A stretch of 64,000 nucleotides of DNA from assembly GCF_009914755.1 (NCBI RefSeq), contig NC_060932.1. One strand, 5' to 3'. The notes beneath the pieces are model-generated. The model made no database searches, was not told where the DNA came from, and saw only the letters and a list, made by a program, of their open reading frames with translations. The stretch comes from the human T2T-CHM13v2.0 reference genome, Homo sapiens. Positions 15,785-28,039 of this stretch are shown one piece after another; the stretch's first letter is position 1, and the number at the start of each line of letters is the position of its first letter. The position numbers and the translations under genes are program-made.

Positions 15785-16899
15785 ATATGGTATCGTATTT
15801 TAAAGTCCTTTTAAAACTGTAATGCTTTCAATGTTTTTAGTGTTTTTTGGTACCACCTATTATTTGGATTAAATGTAGACTTTCTTGCCCTCATTTCAGT
15901 CAAATAGCCCAGAAAGGAGTGTGATCTTATGATGAATGTCCCCACACAATGATAAAGTCTTGCTGTCAGAGAAGGAAATATGTGCCATCACACATTGAGT
16001 TCAGAAGTGAAGGAGAGGCTTATATTCAAATCTGGAAGAAACAAGACTTGAGACCCATATGATTTTTCCAGAGGTAGGGAGTTGAAGATGCTGATGCCAA
16101 ATATTAACTACTTTGAAGTTTGCCTAAGCTGACCTCCATTTTCTTGATGAAAAACTTGCAGTGTTGATGGGAATACATTCAATAGAAGAGGTCAATGAAT
16201 TTTAAATTGCTTCAGAAAACCTTGTTCTTGGTCAAGGTTGTCTTGCTTTGTGGTTATAGAAAATGTGAATGTCAATGAGTTGAGCAACAAATAATCTTTA
16301 TGAAATCATTGCCATTTGGATTCTGATAAGAACATACAATACATTTTGAGGCTTGATTCATACAAGTAGAAATGGTATGAGGTACAGTATACACAATACC
16401 AATAAAAATATTTGAAGGCATTTAAGTCAAACATAAACATTTTATATTTTGACCTTGTTTTAGGTTTAAAGGGAACTGTAAGAGCTCTGCTGTTCTCCAT
16501 CAGTTCAGCTAGAATGATTGATTTATTTGCAGTTGAAATGAAAGCTTGTTTTAATTATTTTTAAAAATTGTCCAGACAATCATAACTTTCAAGCTAGCAG
16601 AGAAAGCTGAAATGTGACAAGGAAAATAATATTTAATTCAGTTGTTCTATCATATGTCAGTGTGTGTGCTTTGCTGTCATGGGGCAGAAGGGAGAACAGA
16701 ATAATATCGATGATCAAACATGTGAACTGCTGATCTAAACCCAAATTAAAACATCTCAATGAAGTTGCTGGAGGGTAGACCTTTGACAAAAATTAAATTC
16801 CCATTTGAGAATTTCACTTTTGAAGACCCACTGCACCAAATGTACATGTTAACACATTTTTCCTGGCCACTTGTTGTAGACTGAGGTCTTCTTTTGGTA

Positions 16900-17130
16900 T
16901 TCATTACTTATTAGTTTTGTGACCTGGGTCAAGTATTTAATCTCTGAAAACTTCAGTTTCCTTTTTTGGCAATATCTGCTTTATGCTACTACAAAAATAT
17001 ACTTCCTTGAGTACTTACATACCGGGCACATAACATACATCAATTCATTTAATTCTCATAACAGTCCTGTGAGTACTGAAACAGGCAGAACAACATGCCC
17101 AAGAACACACAGCCAGTAGACGGCTAAATT
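16900..17130. mobile_element. MIR SINE fragments
   Basis: 'tgtgacctgggtcaagtatttaatctctgaaaacttcagtttcct' and 'tcatttaattctcataacagtcctgtgag...actgaaaca'. Confidence 0.6.
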
Positions 17131-18252
17131 GTATCAATCTTTATTTAAATGCTGTAGTATTCTTGCTCTAGCAGACTCTCCATCAGAGCATGACATAAAA
17201 TAATCACTCCTCAAATGTTAACTATCCTCTCTTTGTTCTCTTCTGCAAACTTCTACTGTTATTAAGGTGGAATTCTCAACAAGATTTTCTCAGTAAAAGT
17301 GAGAAAAGAACAATATTTCCCAGTGGGTTTCCGTGGGCTTCCTTCCAAAATAAGCAATGTGAAGGTAGTGGTTGGAGGAGTGGTCATATACTCCAAGTAT
17401 CCTAGAGTGGTGCACTGGGGCAGGTTGGTGAGTGAAAAAATCTTTAGCCATGGTAAGAAATGACAGGAGAGGAGAAAAAAGTGAAGGGGCAAAAAGAAAG
17501 GCAATGAAAAGACAACATGGAGAATTTGGGGTGGGGAGAGATAATTAAGAATGGAAGAAAGTTTTAGCAGGAGCCTTGAATTTAAAACTCTGGAGGAAGG
17601 GAGCAGTGTCTAAGGAGAAATTCTAAGAAGCTTTTCTTTATGAAGAACAGTGTAAAATCCCTACCTCCTTTTCCTTTAAGGAAACTCAATACAAAATCTA
17701 CCTTTTAGTCAGAGAGTGTGAATTTGAGTTGTTTTTTTGAATGAAATGTTATGCTGACACTGGGCCAGGCTTTTTAATGCAATCTTCATGCTTCAGGAGT
17801 GGGTCACTGGATAACATAACCATTGTTTGCAATACCCCAAAAGGTGTAATCCTGAAAGAACCATGGAGTAGTAGAAGAGCAGTGAGTGGGAATAGCAGGG
17901 GTCAACTCCCATGACTTAATTGCTATAGCTAAGTATGTACTGTTTTGTAAATGGACACAGTAATACCTGCCTCAAAGAGATGGGAAGCTCAGGTGACAGT
18001 GCTTCATGAACTAAAACTGCTCCCTGAATGTAAATTATGATTATTATGCAGCACCTAGATTTGCTAGTTCCAAGGCAGTTCTATGATGGGCAAGGACCAT
18101 CTTACTTAGAGATACATTTGGATTTTCCTGTTTCTTTCAACTTAGTGGCTTTCTGTAAATTGGCAGGTGTTACATACTTCTGTTTTATATGAGGCTTGTA
18201 GAGGCAGGGGTTGTGGGGAATTATAATTTAGGGATATGATCTGATGATAAGT

Positions 18253-18365
18253 GAGATGGTAATGACCATGTTTTCTGAACCAAAATTAAACACACATGGT
18301 CATACACTAGGGCAGAATATTTGAATGAGATGTAACTGGAAAAATCTAGGAACTGTGGTCACCCG
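18253..18365. mobile_element. hAT-Blackjack MITE, MER94/MER81-like
   Basis: Imperfect terminal inverted repeats ('tgaccatg...' and '...tgtggtcaccc') enclosing about 110 bp. Confidence 0.45.
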
Positions 18366-19873
18366 AACTATAAAATGACATTGCCAGAAAACAACTCTAT
18401 AACCTCTCCATTTTCAAGGTCTTTGCTGGAGGGCAAACTTCCAAGATTATGAAGGAGTGCACTACAAGGCTTTCAATTTTCCCTTTTGCACCCAGGGAGA
18501 CAAATAATTAGTGCTTTCCTAGGTCTAAAGTGGAGACCAGAGCCCAGAAATTCTACTATCAGTGCTTGCTTACAAGAAAAAGACATGGTTGTGCAATGCA
18601 TCACTAAGGATTATAACAGATTAGCAACTAAATTTGAGTTAATTAAAATAATCAACTATAATAAGAAGAGAGTTTCCAGAAAATTACCATATAGATCAAG
18701 TTGCTGTCTCAACAACTTGGAAAATACAGAACAAATTTTGGAGGCCCAATGCCAAATATCTGAAGAGGCTCATTAAACTTTACTTAAAAAATGTGATTCT
18801 GTTTAATTAATTTTGTTAATAATGATCATAAAAATAGTTAAACATTTTTTAGTTGGTGGGGGGGGCAGTTTAACCTTAAAAGTCTAAATAATTATGAAAA
18901 CTTAAAACAAGATAGATTGAATATCAAAAGAAGTGTTTTTAAAACTGGAAGGAACAATGTTCGACAATAAATGCGACTATTAAAGTGCGTGAAATGCTTG
19001 GATACTGACGTACATTTTGAAATACTGACCTACATTTTGAAATAGGCAATATTCTGGAAAATAGATTCTCTTGAATTAAGGAGACCACAAATCTTACCAT
19101 TAATTTGTTAGGAGAAAACCTATAAAATGCATCTTAGTGCAGTTGTATACTGCAGTTGTACACATCTTGTGTAGTTGTATACGTCACCTGAGAAACTCCT
19201 CCTAACTTATAATAATGAATGCCTCCTTGGCAAGAGAAAGTGTTTATTATATGAGGCTTTTAGGGTCTTCAATTGAATAAGAAGTAGTTTTGGTGAAATA
19301 GATTACCTGATCTAGCGTCCAAAATTGTTATAAAATATACTGGATGGCACAAATTAGCCAAATTTAAAATTTTGACATTGGTGTGAAATTTATAAATCTA
19401 TGTTTCACTTATTGTATTTATTTATAACCACCTAGTTCTCAAAAGGATTAATGGTGACTGTTTCCTTTACAGATTGATCGTGTTCTGAACATTGTTGTGT
19501 GTTCTCTCCTGTTTCATTTTTGTGACTCTGATCCTCTTGTTCAATAAAAATATATATGGGAAAGGCTGATTGAGAAAAGCTGTCTAGGAAGGAAAGGCAA
19601 AATCCAGACTCAGAAGATCACCTCTGCCAAAAGTCATAAGCAAACTTTTCCTTTGCCCCAGTGGCACTGAGTGCACTCATAACCCATAAAGTGAAGATAT
19701 CCATCATTCAGCCAGGCAGTACCTACACCAGCAGGAGGATAAGAGCCAGTGATTGCTATGCTGGCTGCTGAGCTCTGACAATAAACTCATAACTATAATG
19801 GGAGTTAGGTGCCCAAAGGAGAAAAAGACAAATACAGGCCCAAGGCTCCTTAGTAAGTTATTTCAGAAACAGG

Positions 19874-20330
19874 ATGAAGAGTGATACAGAAATTAGAACA
19901 CAATATCATGAACATATAAACAGTCAATTCTCATTGCTTCCAAGTTGTCTAGGTGATTTGCAGAAGACTAGGGAATTACTTGATTCCCCTTTACTTTCAG
20001 AAATAGATGAAGTAATTAAAAATCTTCCCCAAGAGAAAGTTCTTGGCCCTGGCAGAGCTACAGGAGATTTCTATAAAACCTTTGGCTTAGCTCTGTCTGT
20101 ACAGTTACTTGATGAGCTCAATCACTTGAGGGACTCAGGTGGATTCATCCCTGCCAGCCCCTGCATCCAGACTATCTTAATTGCTGAAAAGGATAAAGAT
20201 ACAGCAAACTGTACCACATCTAGGTTCAGACCTCTTATTAAAGTGGATATCAACTTTTGGAATGTATCCTGACAATTCTGATCATTATTTGGAATCAGGA
20301 GCACTGTAATCAGGTCATTTTTTGGAGATG
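19874..20330 (+). pseudogene. Ancient non-mammalian-type L1/Tx1 ORF2 fragment (pre-RT Z region to start of RT)
   Basis: Translation LLDSPLLSEIDEVIKNLPQEKVLGPGRATGDFYKTF...TILIAEKDKDTANC..FRPLIKVD follows the L1-clade motif order (LD.PI...EI..AI..L...K.PGPDG...EFYK.F...I.LIPK..KD...C..YRPISL.N.D). A downstream frame gives HCNQVIF, similar to IH.DQ.GF. Confidence 0.75.
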
Positions 20331-20743
20331 GGTAATTCCTTGTATAAGATTTTTTTTTTAAACCTGGACTCCAGTCCTGTTAGGCTTACAAGGCACTTGC
20401 AGCCTCATCTATTGGTTTTCTTTAATAAAGGAAAGTCTTTATTTTTTAGCAGAGCAGTGAGTATCAGGAATGTACTATGAGCTCAGCAATCCAAGATCTT
20501 TATTATTTAATTATATCTCTTTGGTTGTATTCTAAATAAGCAGGATAACAAAATTTCTCTAGTTCTCAGTGTTCTCAGTGTAAATCTAAATTTCTTCTTT
20601 CCTCAGTGTCCCCAAGGTTAAAGGGGTAGGCTGATTTTACCTTACAACACTAGCCTGTTGCTTGACAAAAGAAAAAGATGGGGGGAAGAGGATTATTAAG
20701 AAACACCTCACAGAGGAAAAATCATTCTTAAAAGTGAAACAGA

Positions 20744-22310
20744 AGTTCACTCATTATTTGGCTGTCTATTATAGGTGTATAGGAATGCTTGTGATTTTTG
20801 AACATTGATTTTGTATCCTGATACTTCGCTGAAGTTACTTATCAGCTTAAGAAGATTTTGGGCTGAGACCATGGGGTTTTCTAAATATACAATCATGTCA
20901 TCTGCAAACAGACACAATTTGACTTCCTCTCTTCCTATTTGAATGCCATTTATTTCTTTCTCTTGCCTGATTGCCCTGGCCAGAACTTCCAACACTGTGT
21001 TGAATAGGAATGGTGAGAGAGGGCATCCTTACCTTTCGCCAGTTTTCAAAGGGAATACTTCCAGCATTTGCCCACTAAGTATGATACTGGCTGTGGGTTT
21101 GTCATAAATAGCTCTTATTATTTTGAGATATGTTCCATCAATACCTAGTTTATTGAGAGTTTTTAGCATGAAGGGGTGTTGAATTTCATCAAAGGCCTTT
21201 TTGGCATCTATTGAGATAATCATGTGGTTTTTGTTATTGGTTCTGTTTATGTGATGATTTACATTTATTGATTTGCTTATTTTGAACCAGCCTTGCATCC
21301 CAGGGATGAAGCAAACTTGATCATGGTGGACAAGGTTTTTGATGCGCTGCAGGATTCAGTTTGCCAGCATTTTATTGAGGATTTTCCAATCGATGTTTAT
21401 CAGGGACATTGGGCTGAAATTTTCTTTTTTCGTTGTGTCTTTGTCAGGTTTTGGTATCAGGATGATGCTGGCCTCATAAAATGAGTTAGGGAGAATTGCC
21501 TCTTTTTCTGTTGTTTGGAATTGCTACAAAGAGAATAAAACACCTAGCAGATATATAGACCAATGGAACAGGACAGAGGCCTCAGAAATAATGCCACACA
21601 TCTACACCCCTCTGATCTTTGACAAACCAAACAAAAACAAGCAATGGGGAAAGGATTCCCCATTTAATAAATGGTGTTGGGAAAACTGGCTAGCCATATT
21701 CAGAAAACTGAAATGGGACCCCTTCCTTACACCTCATATAAAAATTAACTCAAGATGGATTAAAGACTTTAAGGCCTAAAACCATAAAAACCCTGGAACA
21801 AAACCTAGGCAATACCATTCAGGACATAGGCATGGGCAAAGACTTCATGACTAAAACACCAAAGAAATGGCAACAAAAGCCAAAATTGAGAAATGGGATC
21901 TAATTGAGCTAAAGAGCTTCTGCACAGCAAAGGAAACTGTCATCAGAGTGAACAGGCAACCTACAGAATGGGAGAAATTTTTTTCAATCTACCTATCTGA
22001 CAAAGGGCTGATATCCAGAATCTACAAAGAACTTAAACAAATGTACAAGAAATAAACAAACAACCCCATCAAAAAGTGGGTGAAGGATATGAACAGACAC
22101 TTCAAAAGAAGACATTTATGCTGCCAAAAAACATATGAAAAAGAGCTAATCATCACTGATCATTAGAGAAATGCAAATCAAAACTACAATGTTATACCAT
22201 CTCATGCCAGTTACAATGGCGATCATTAAAAAGTCAGGAAACAACAGATGCTGGAGAGGATGTGGATAAATAGGAACACTTTCATGCTGTTGGTGGGAGT
22301 GTCAATTAGT
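20744..22310 (+). mobile_element. 5'-inverted (twin-primed) L1PA, approx. L1PA7/8 age; inverted part 20744-21520, sense part 21521-22310; 3' end deleted
   Basis: ORF2 RT peptides on the minus strand (20747-21298) and C-terminal ORF2 peptides on the plus strand (21591-22055). The two segments are near-adjacent in L1 coordinates. A TT/AAAA target site lies upstream at about 20729. Confidence 0.93.
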
Positions 22311-22319
22311 GTCAATTCC

Positions 22320-22967
22320 AAGCTTCCACAGCATGGAAGGGGACCCAAGTGGGTTGCCGGTGCTGGCTCGGGTGGCTGTTTTTATTGCCTTATCTGGCCC
22401 CACCCACATCCTGCTGATTGGTCCATTTTACAGAGAGCTGATTGGTCCATTTTACAAAGAGCTGATTGGTCCATTTTGACAGAGTACTGATTGGTGAGTT
22501 TACAAACCTTTAGCTAGACACAGAGTGCTGATTGGTTTATTTACAATCCTTTAGCTAGCCACAAAAGTTCTCCAAGTCCCTGCCCCACCCAGAAGCCCAG
22601 CCGGCTACACCTCTCAATGGCACTCGCCATGGGACTTTGCGGCACCTAGCCTGTGCAGCCCAGAGGGAGCTCGTCCCCTCGATCAAGTCTAGCAGGCGCC
22701 AGCCAGCCATGCTGAGTGTGGGGCCTGCTGAGCCCACACCCACCTGGAACCTGCGCCAACCTGCGAGTGCCACATACAGCCCCAGCACCTCTCCCTCCAC
22801 ACCTCCCCGTGAGCAGAGGGAGCTGCTCCAGCCTCGGCCAGCCCCAGAGAGGGGCCCTCACAGTGCAGCAGTAGGCTGAAGTGCTCCTCAAGTGCGGCCA
22901 GAGAGGACGCCAAGGCCAAGGAGGTGCCAAGAGCAAGTGAGGGCTTCTAGCACGTTGTCACCTCTCA
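22320..22967 (-). repeat. HERV9 3' LTR (LTR12D-like), most of R/U5 deleted
   Basis: Homologous to 29826-30546 and lacks the part corresponding to 29343-29825. A purine tract lies immediately upstream at about 22968-22980. Confidence 0.93.
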
Positions 22968-22977
22968 ATCTCCCCTG

Positions 22978-23735
22978 TAAACAGGACACCCCAACTGCTG
23001 TTGGGAATTTGGCCGATGACCATGCTAGCTACTTCCTGCTGGATAGGGGCAAAGAAGGGGCCCTGCAGTTGTAGTGTCCTCCAGAGGGGAACTCTTTAGG
23101 CCAGTGGAAGCCAAGCAGGTCAGTCCAGGGGTCCTTGGTAGAAGTTGTTAGTTGAGCTCATTTGGGGTTCCATTTGTAAGACCATCTGTAGCTTGATGGC
23201 CTCAATTCTAGAGGAAATTTGACAAGAAGGTTAAAAATACAGGGCCCAAAGGCGAGTAATGCAAGACGGCTGCCATGGGACCTAGAAAGGGGAGGAGCCA
23301 TGTTGCTCAACTCCAGAGGTTGGTATAAGAGTTTGAAAGGCATTGTCTGATTTCAGAATCCTTTTCCTGTAAGTACCAGGTGGCATCTCATACTATCCCT
23401 GACTGGTTAGTGTAAAAACAATGCTCTTCCCCTAAGAAGGTGCAGAGTCCTCCTTTCTCAGCAGTGAGGGGGTCTAGGCCTTGGCAGTTTTGGAGAGTCA
23501 CTGCTGCCAAAGAGTCTATTTGGGATTGTAGAGTAAGGATAGATTTCGTTATTTCTTGCAAACTGTCTGAGAAATCCTTTGAGAGTGTGTGGTAGTAGGA
23601 TAATGAAGTATCCTACTGGCTATTCCGGTTCCTGTAGCAGTAGCCATTCCTAGCCCTATAAGTAGGGGTATTAGTTGTATTTCTCTGCACTGACAGACTT
23701 GAGCTTTGAGGGGTACTGATAGAGTCTGATTTCCA
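22978..23735 (-). pseudogene. env: HERV9 env remnant (TM subunit only)
   Basis: Fusion peptide IQLIPLLIGLGMATATGTGIA, ISD/CX6CC-like LQNCQGLDPLTAEKGGLCTFLGEEHCF, and FGPCIFNLLVKF. Furin site decayed; frameshifts present. Confidence 0.85.
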
Positions 23736-24454
23736 CAAGATTAGAAGTTAGGATAATATATGTTTACACTGTTAACTTTTAGCAAACTTTACTTTTGTTG
23801 AAAACCTTGTAAGTTTGGGATTTCAATTATTCTTTGCTATTAATAAGACCTCTTTCTAGCCATTTAACTTAGAATTAATATAGATGGCTCCTTCCTGATT
23901 CTGTAAGTACTTTAAGGTTTGGCTGAGTGCAAACAGCTTGCACGTTTGAGCAGACCAATTATTAGGCAATTTTCCTAACTCTGCTTCTATAAGAGTTTCC
24001 TTATCACTTACTGAATACCCATTGTGTCTTTTTCCTTAATCATGGGGTGGAACCATCTATCGTCCTGTCCTGAAGGGAGTTCCTCCTATGTCTGGTGGAC
24101 CTTCAGATTTAGATCCTTTGTTAGGACACCTGCTGGGTTAAGGATTTTTGATAGGAAGGCTATGGGTTTTTCAGTGGCCTCAGTGCTTTTGGGCTATGCC
24201 CTTGTTTACACTGACAACAAGGTGGTATAGGGTTACAGAGAAGACCTTCAATTATCAATTATAGGTTTCAAATCTACCCTGGCTTTTAAAGGAATAGGAT
24301 ACACTGTTTTTTCTTTACTACTTCTATCTCTTTCTCTCTCTTCGACTTCTCCTTTTTCTGTCTCTTTCTCTCTTTCTGACTCCCTCTTTGTCTCTCTGTC
24401 TCTTCCTCTCTCTCTCTCTCTCTGACTTTGTCTCTTTCTCTCTTTCCTTTCTGC

Positions 24455-26582
24455 TTGTGGTATTTAATGGGGGTTCCCCCTGAGGTTAGGAATTCCCTTT
24501 CTTTCCATATTGCAGCATGGACATGTAAGATTAGATAAGCATACTTGCTATCTGTATACACATTTATTATTTTCCCCTTTCCCAGTTCTAAGGCTTGGGT
24601 AAGTGCCACTAGTTCTGCTAACTGGGCCCTTGTCCCTGAGGGAAGAGGCTTACTTTCAAGTATGGTTACATCACTAACTATGGCATAACCTGCCCTTTGT
24701 ATCCCATTCTCCACAAATGAACTTCCGTCGGTATATAGGTTAAGGTAAGGATTAGCTAAGGGGACTTCTAAGCGATCATCTTGGGCAGCATAAGCCTAGA
24801 CTATAATTTTTTGGCAGTCATGCTCGATTGATTCCCCATCCTCTGGGAGAAAAGTGGCAGGGTTGAGGGCAACACACGTACGTATTTGAAGCACCAGTCT
24901 GTCAAGGAGTAGTGCCTGTATCTAAGTAGGCAGTTGTCTGATAGCCACAAACTTCCTTTGGCACCTAGTATGCCATTTACATCATGAGTAGTCCAGACAG
25001 TGAGATCTTTTCCTTGTATTATTTTGATAGCTTCTGACACTAAGATGGCCACTGCCACAACTACCCATAAACAGTGAGGCCAGCCTTTTGCTACTACATC
25101 AATTTCCTTACTTAGGTATGCCACTGGTTGTGGGGTTGTTCCACGAGTCTGAGTAAGGACTCCGAGAGCTATCCCTGTTCTCTCTGTGATGTATAAAGAG
25201 AATTTTTGTCCTGTGAGAAGGCTTAAAGCTGGACCTTGTACTAGGGCCTGCTTTAAGGTTTTGAAGGCTGTTTTTGCCTCTGGTTCCCATTCTACTAGAT
25301 GAATATTTGCTTTCTGGGTCTCATTGATTAGAGTATAGAGGGGCCTGGCTATCTCGCTGTATCTGGGGATCCATAGTCAGCAAAAGCTGGTGATTCCAAG
25401 GAACCCCTGAAACTGTTTTAATGTCTTAGGGTGAGGATAAGCCAGTATATGCTGTATTCGTTCCTTGCTGAGGGCCCTGGTCCCTCTGGCTAAGATTAGG
25501 CCTAGATATTTGAACTGCTGTAGGCAAAGCTGGGCCTTCGACCTAGATACCTTGTACCCTTGATTAGCTAGAAAGTTCAAGAGATCTAGAGTAGCCTGCT
25601 GGCACGAGGCTTCCAAACTGGTAGCCAAAAGTAAATAATCCACATACGGAAGGACCAGAGTGCCTGGACTTGAAAAATGGCCTAGATCTTGGGCCAGTGC
25701 CTGACAAAACAGGTGAGGGCTATCCCTAAACCCTTGGGGCAAGACCATCCATGTAAGTTGGGATGTGTGGTCGGTGGGATCCTCAAAGGCAAAGAGAAAC
25801 TGGGAGTCAGAGGGCAGGGGAATATAGAATAAGGCATCCTTGTGGTCCAGAACCATGAACCATTCTGCTTCTTCTGGTATTTGACAGAGCAGGGTATAGG
25901 GGTTGGGTACAACTGGATATAGAGGAATTACTTCCTCATTGATGAGTCTAAGATCTTGCACTAGTTTCCACTGACTGTTTGGTTTTTATACTCCTAGAAT
26001 TGGGGTGTTGCAGGGACTGCTGCATTTCCTTACTAAGCCTTGAGCTTTTAAATGTTTAACAATATCCTGTAATCCTTTATGAGTTTCAGGCCTTAAGGGA
26101 TATTGCCTTTGATAAGGAAAAGTGGTGGGAACTTTTAGCCTGATTTGGATTGGGGGGGCATTTTTTGCCCTTCCAAATTGTCCTTCCAATGCCCAGACTT
26201 CAGGGTCAATTCCCTCCTCAAGTAGGGGACAACAGATGGGTAAGTTGTTCCCCATATTCATGTAGATAATAGTTCCAGCTTTGGCCAATACATCCCTCCC
26301 TAATAAGGGTGTGGGACTTTCAGGCATAACAAGAAAGGCATGTGAAAAGAGCAAAGTCTCCCAATTACAACTGAGGAGGTGGGAGAAATACCTGGTTACA
26401 GGCTATCCCAGAATTCCTCAGATGGTAACGGACCTTGAGGACAGTCATCCAGGACAGGAGATTAACACTGAGAAGGCCATGCTAGTGTCCAGGAGGAAGT
26501 CAATTTCCTGGCCCTCAAAGGTTAAACGTACCCGGGGCTCAGTGAGGGTGATGACATGAGCTGGCTCTTGCCCCAGGCACTC
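24455..26582 (-). pseudogene. pol: HERV9 pro-pol (protease, RT, RNase H); integrase absent
   Basis: Motifs PTPLLGRD, QDLRLINE, LPQGFRDSPHLF, YVDY (catalytic YVDD mutated), AQLAELVAL, NVYTDSKYA. Split by stops and frameshifts. Confidence 0.93.
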
Positions 26583-28039
26583 TCAGTCCTGTTGTTGGAT
26601 CATCTGGTTGGGGGCTTCTGACCCAGAGAACATTTGTCCTCTGGGGCAGTGCACCTTCCAGTGATTGCCTTGGCATAGCAGACATGGACGAGGGGGTGCC
26701 TTGTTTCTCATTGGACAATCTTTATTAAAGTGTCCTTGTAAACCACACTGATAACAAGCCCTACCGGGTGATTGGCCTGCTCTATTTTCTGTCCTCTCTG
26801 AACCACCAAGGTTTGTCTATCTGAAAGCCATGACTAAAGCTGCAGCCTTTCTCTGATCTTGCTTTTCCTTTCTGGCCTTTTCCTCTTGGTCACTATTATA
26901 GAACACTGAGTTTGTGAGGTTTAATAATGCCTCCAGATTTTGTTCAGGGCCCAGGGCTTGCTTTTGGAGCTTTCTCCTGATATCTGCGGCTGATTGGGTA
27001 ATAAACTTATCTTTTAGAATCAATTGATGCACGAGTTATTCGGGTGACAGGGCAGTATATTTTCTTAAGGCCTCCCGTATCCGCTCGAGGAAGGCAGAAG
27101 GATTTTCTTCCTTTCCCTGAGTTATGGTGGACATCATTGAATAATTCATGGGGTTTTTCATAATTCTCCTTAATCCTTCTAGAACACAGGTCAACAGATG
27201 TTTATGACTCCAGTCCCCATGATCTGAGTCAAGGTCCCAGTGGGGATCCATACTGGAGATGGCTTGCTGACCAGTAGTGAATTTATCCCTTTCTTTGGCT
27301 GTCATTCTATCTTTTACTTGATTAAGATATCAGGTATATCCAAACTCTCAGGCTGCAGCTAAAGCAGCATTCTTTTCATTAAAGGCCAGGATTTGATCTA
27401 TCAACAGCATGACATCTCTCCAAGAGAGATCGAAGGTTTGCCCTAGACCCTGTAGGATATCTATGTACCTATCAGGATCATCTGAAAACTTCCCCAGGTC
27501 TGCCTTGATCTGCTTTAAATCAGAGAGGGAGACAGGGACATGTACCTGGGTTGGGCCAAATTCCCCTCCCCCTACAGTTTGAAGGGGACATAACCGATAG
27601 CCCAGGGGGTTTTGTGGTCTTTTGGAGATTTCTTTGATTATTTCCTTCTGGGCGGGGGAGATTAGAGCAGGATTATCATTAATAGGAAGGGCAGCTATAG
27701 GGAGGCTAGGATATGGGGGTAAGCTGAGAGGTCCTCCTGTGGGATGTAAATTGCAAGCTTTGCATAGTTGTGTATTCTCCTTCAATGAAAAGAAAGTTTG
27801 GACATGAAGTATTTCACTCCATTTGCTTTCCTTCTTACAGAAAAGATCAAGCTGCAGGATAGTATTGTAATTTATACTTCCCTCAGGTGGCCATTTTTCC
27901 CCATCAGAGAGAGAATATTGGGGCCAAGCCATAGTGCAGAAAAAAAATGAGCTGCCTCTATTTCAGGGTTTGCGGGTCAAATTGGTCCCAATGGCTTAGG
28001 ATGCATTAAAGGGTGAGGCTGTTGATGCCTGTTTCCCAT
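26583..28039 (-). pseudogene. gag: HERV9 gag
   Basis: MG start at 28039, [23 protein letters not shown]-like LPPYP, MHR-like TQGKEENPSAFLERIREAL, and a zinc-knuckle region near 26640-26760. Frameshifted. Confidence 0.92.

Noticed and set aside
18486-18776. 96-aa ORF upstream of the ancient LINE fragment; also the 125-aa ORF at 33574 and the 127-aa ORF at 50339
   Set aside because: Non-ATG starts, no recognisable motifs and low-complexity composition; consistent with chance ORFs.
19002-19182. 20-bp tandem duplication (atactgac.tacattttgaa x2) and nearby agttgtatac repeats
   Set aside because: Small local slippage events with no larger pattern.
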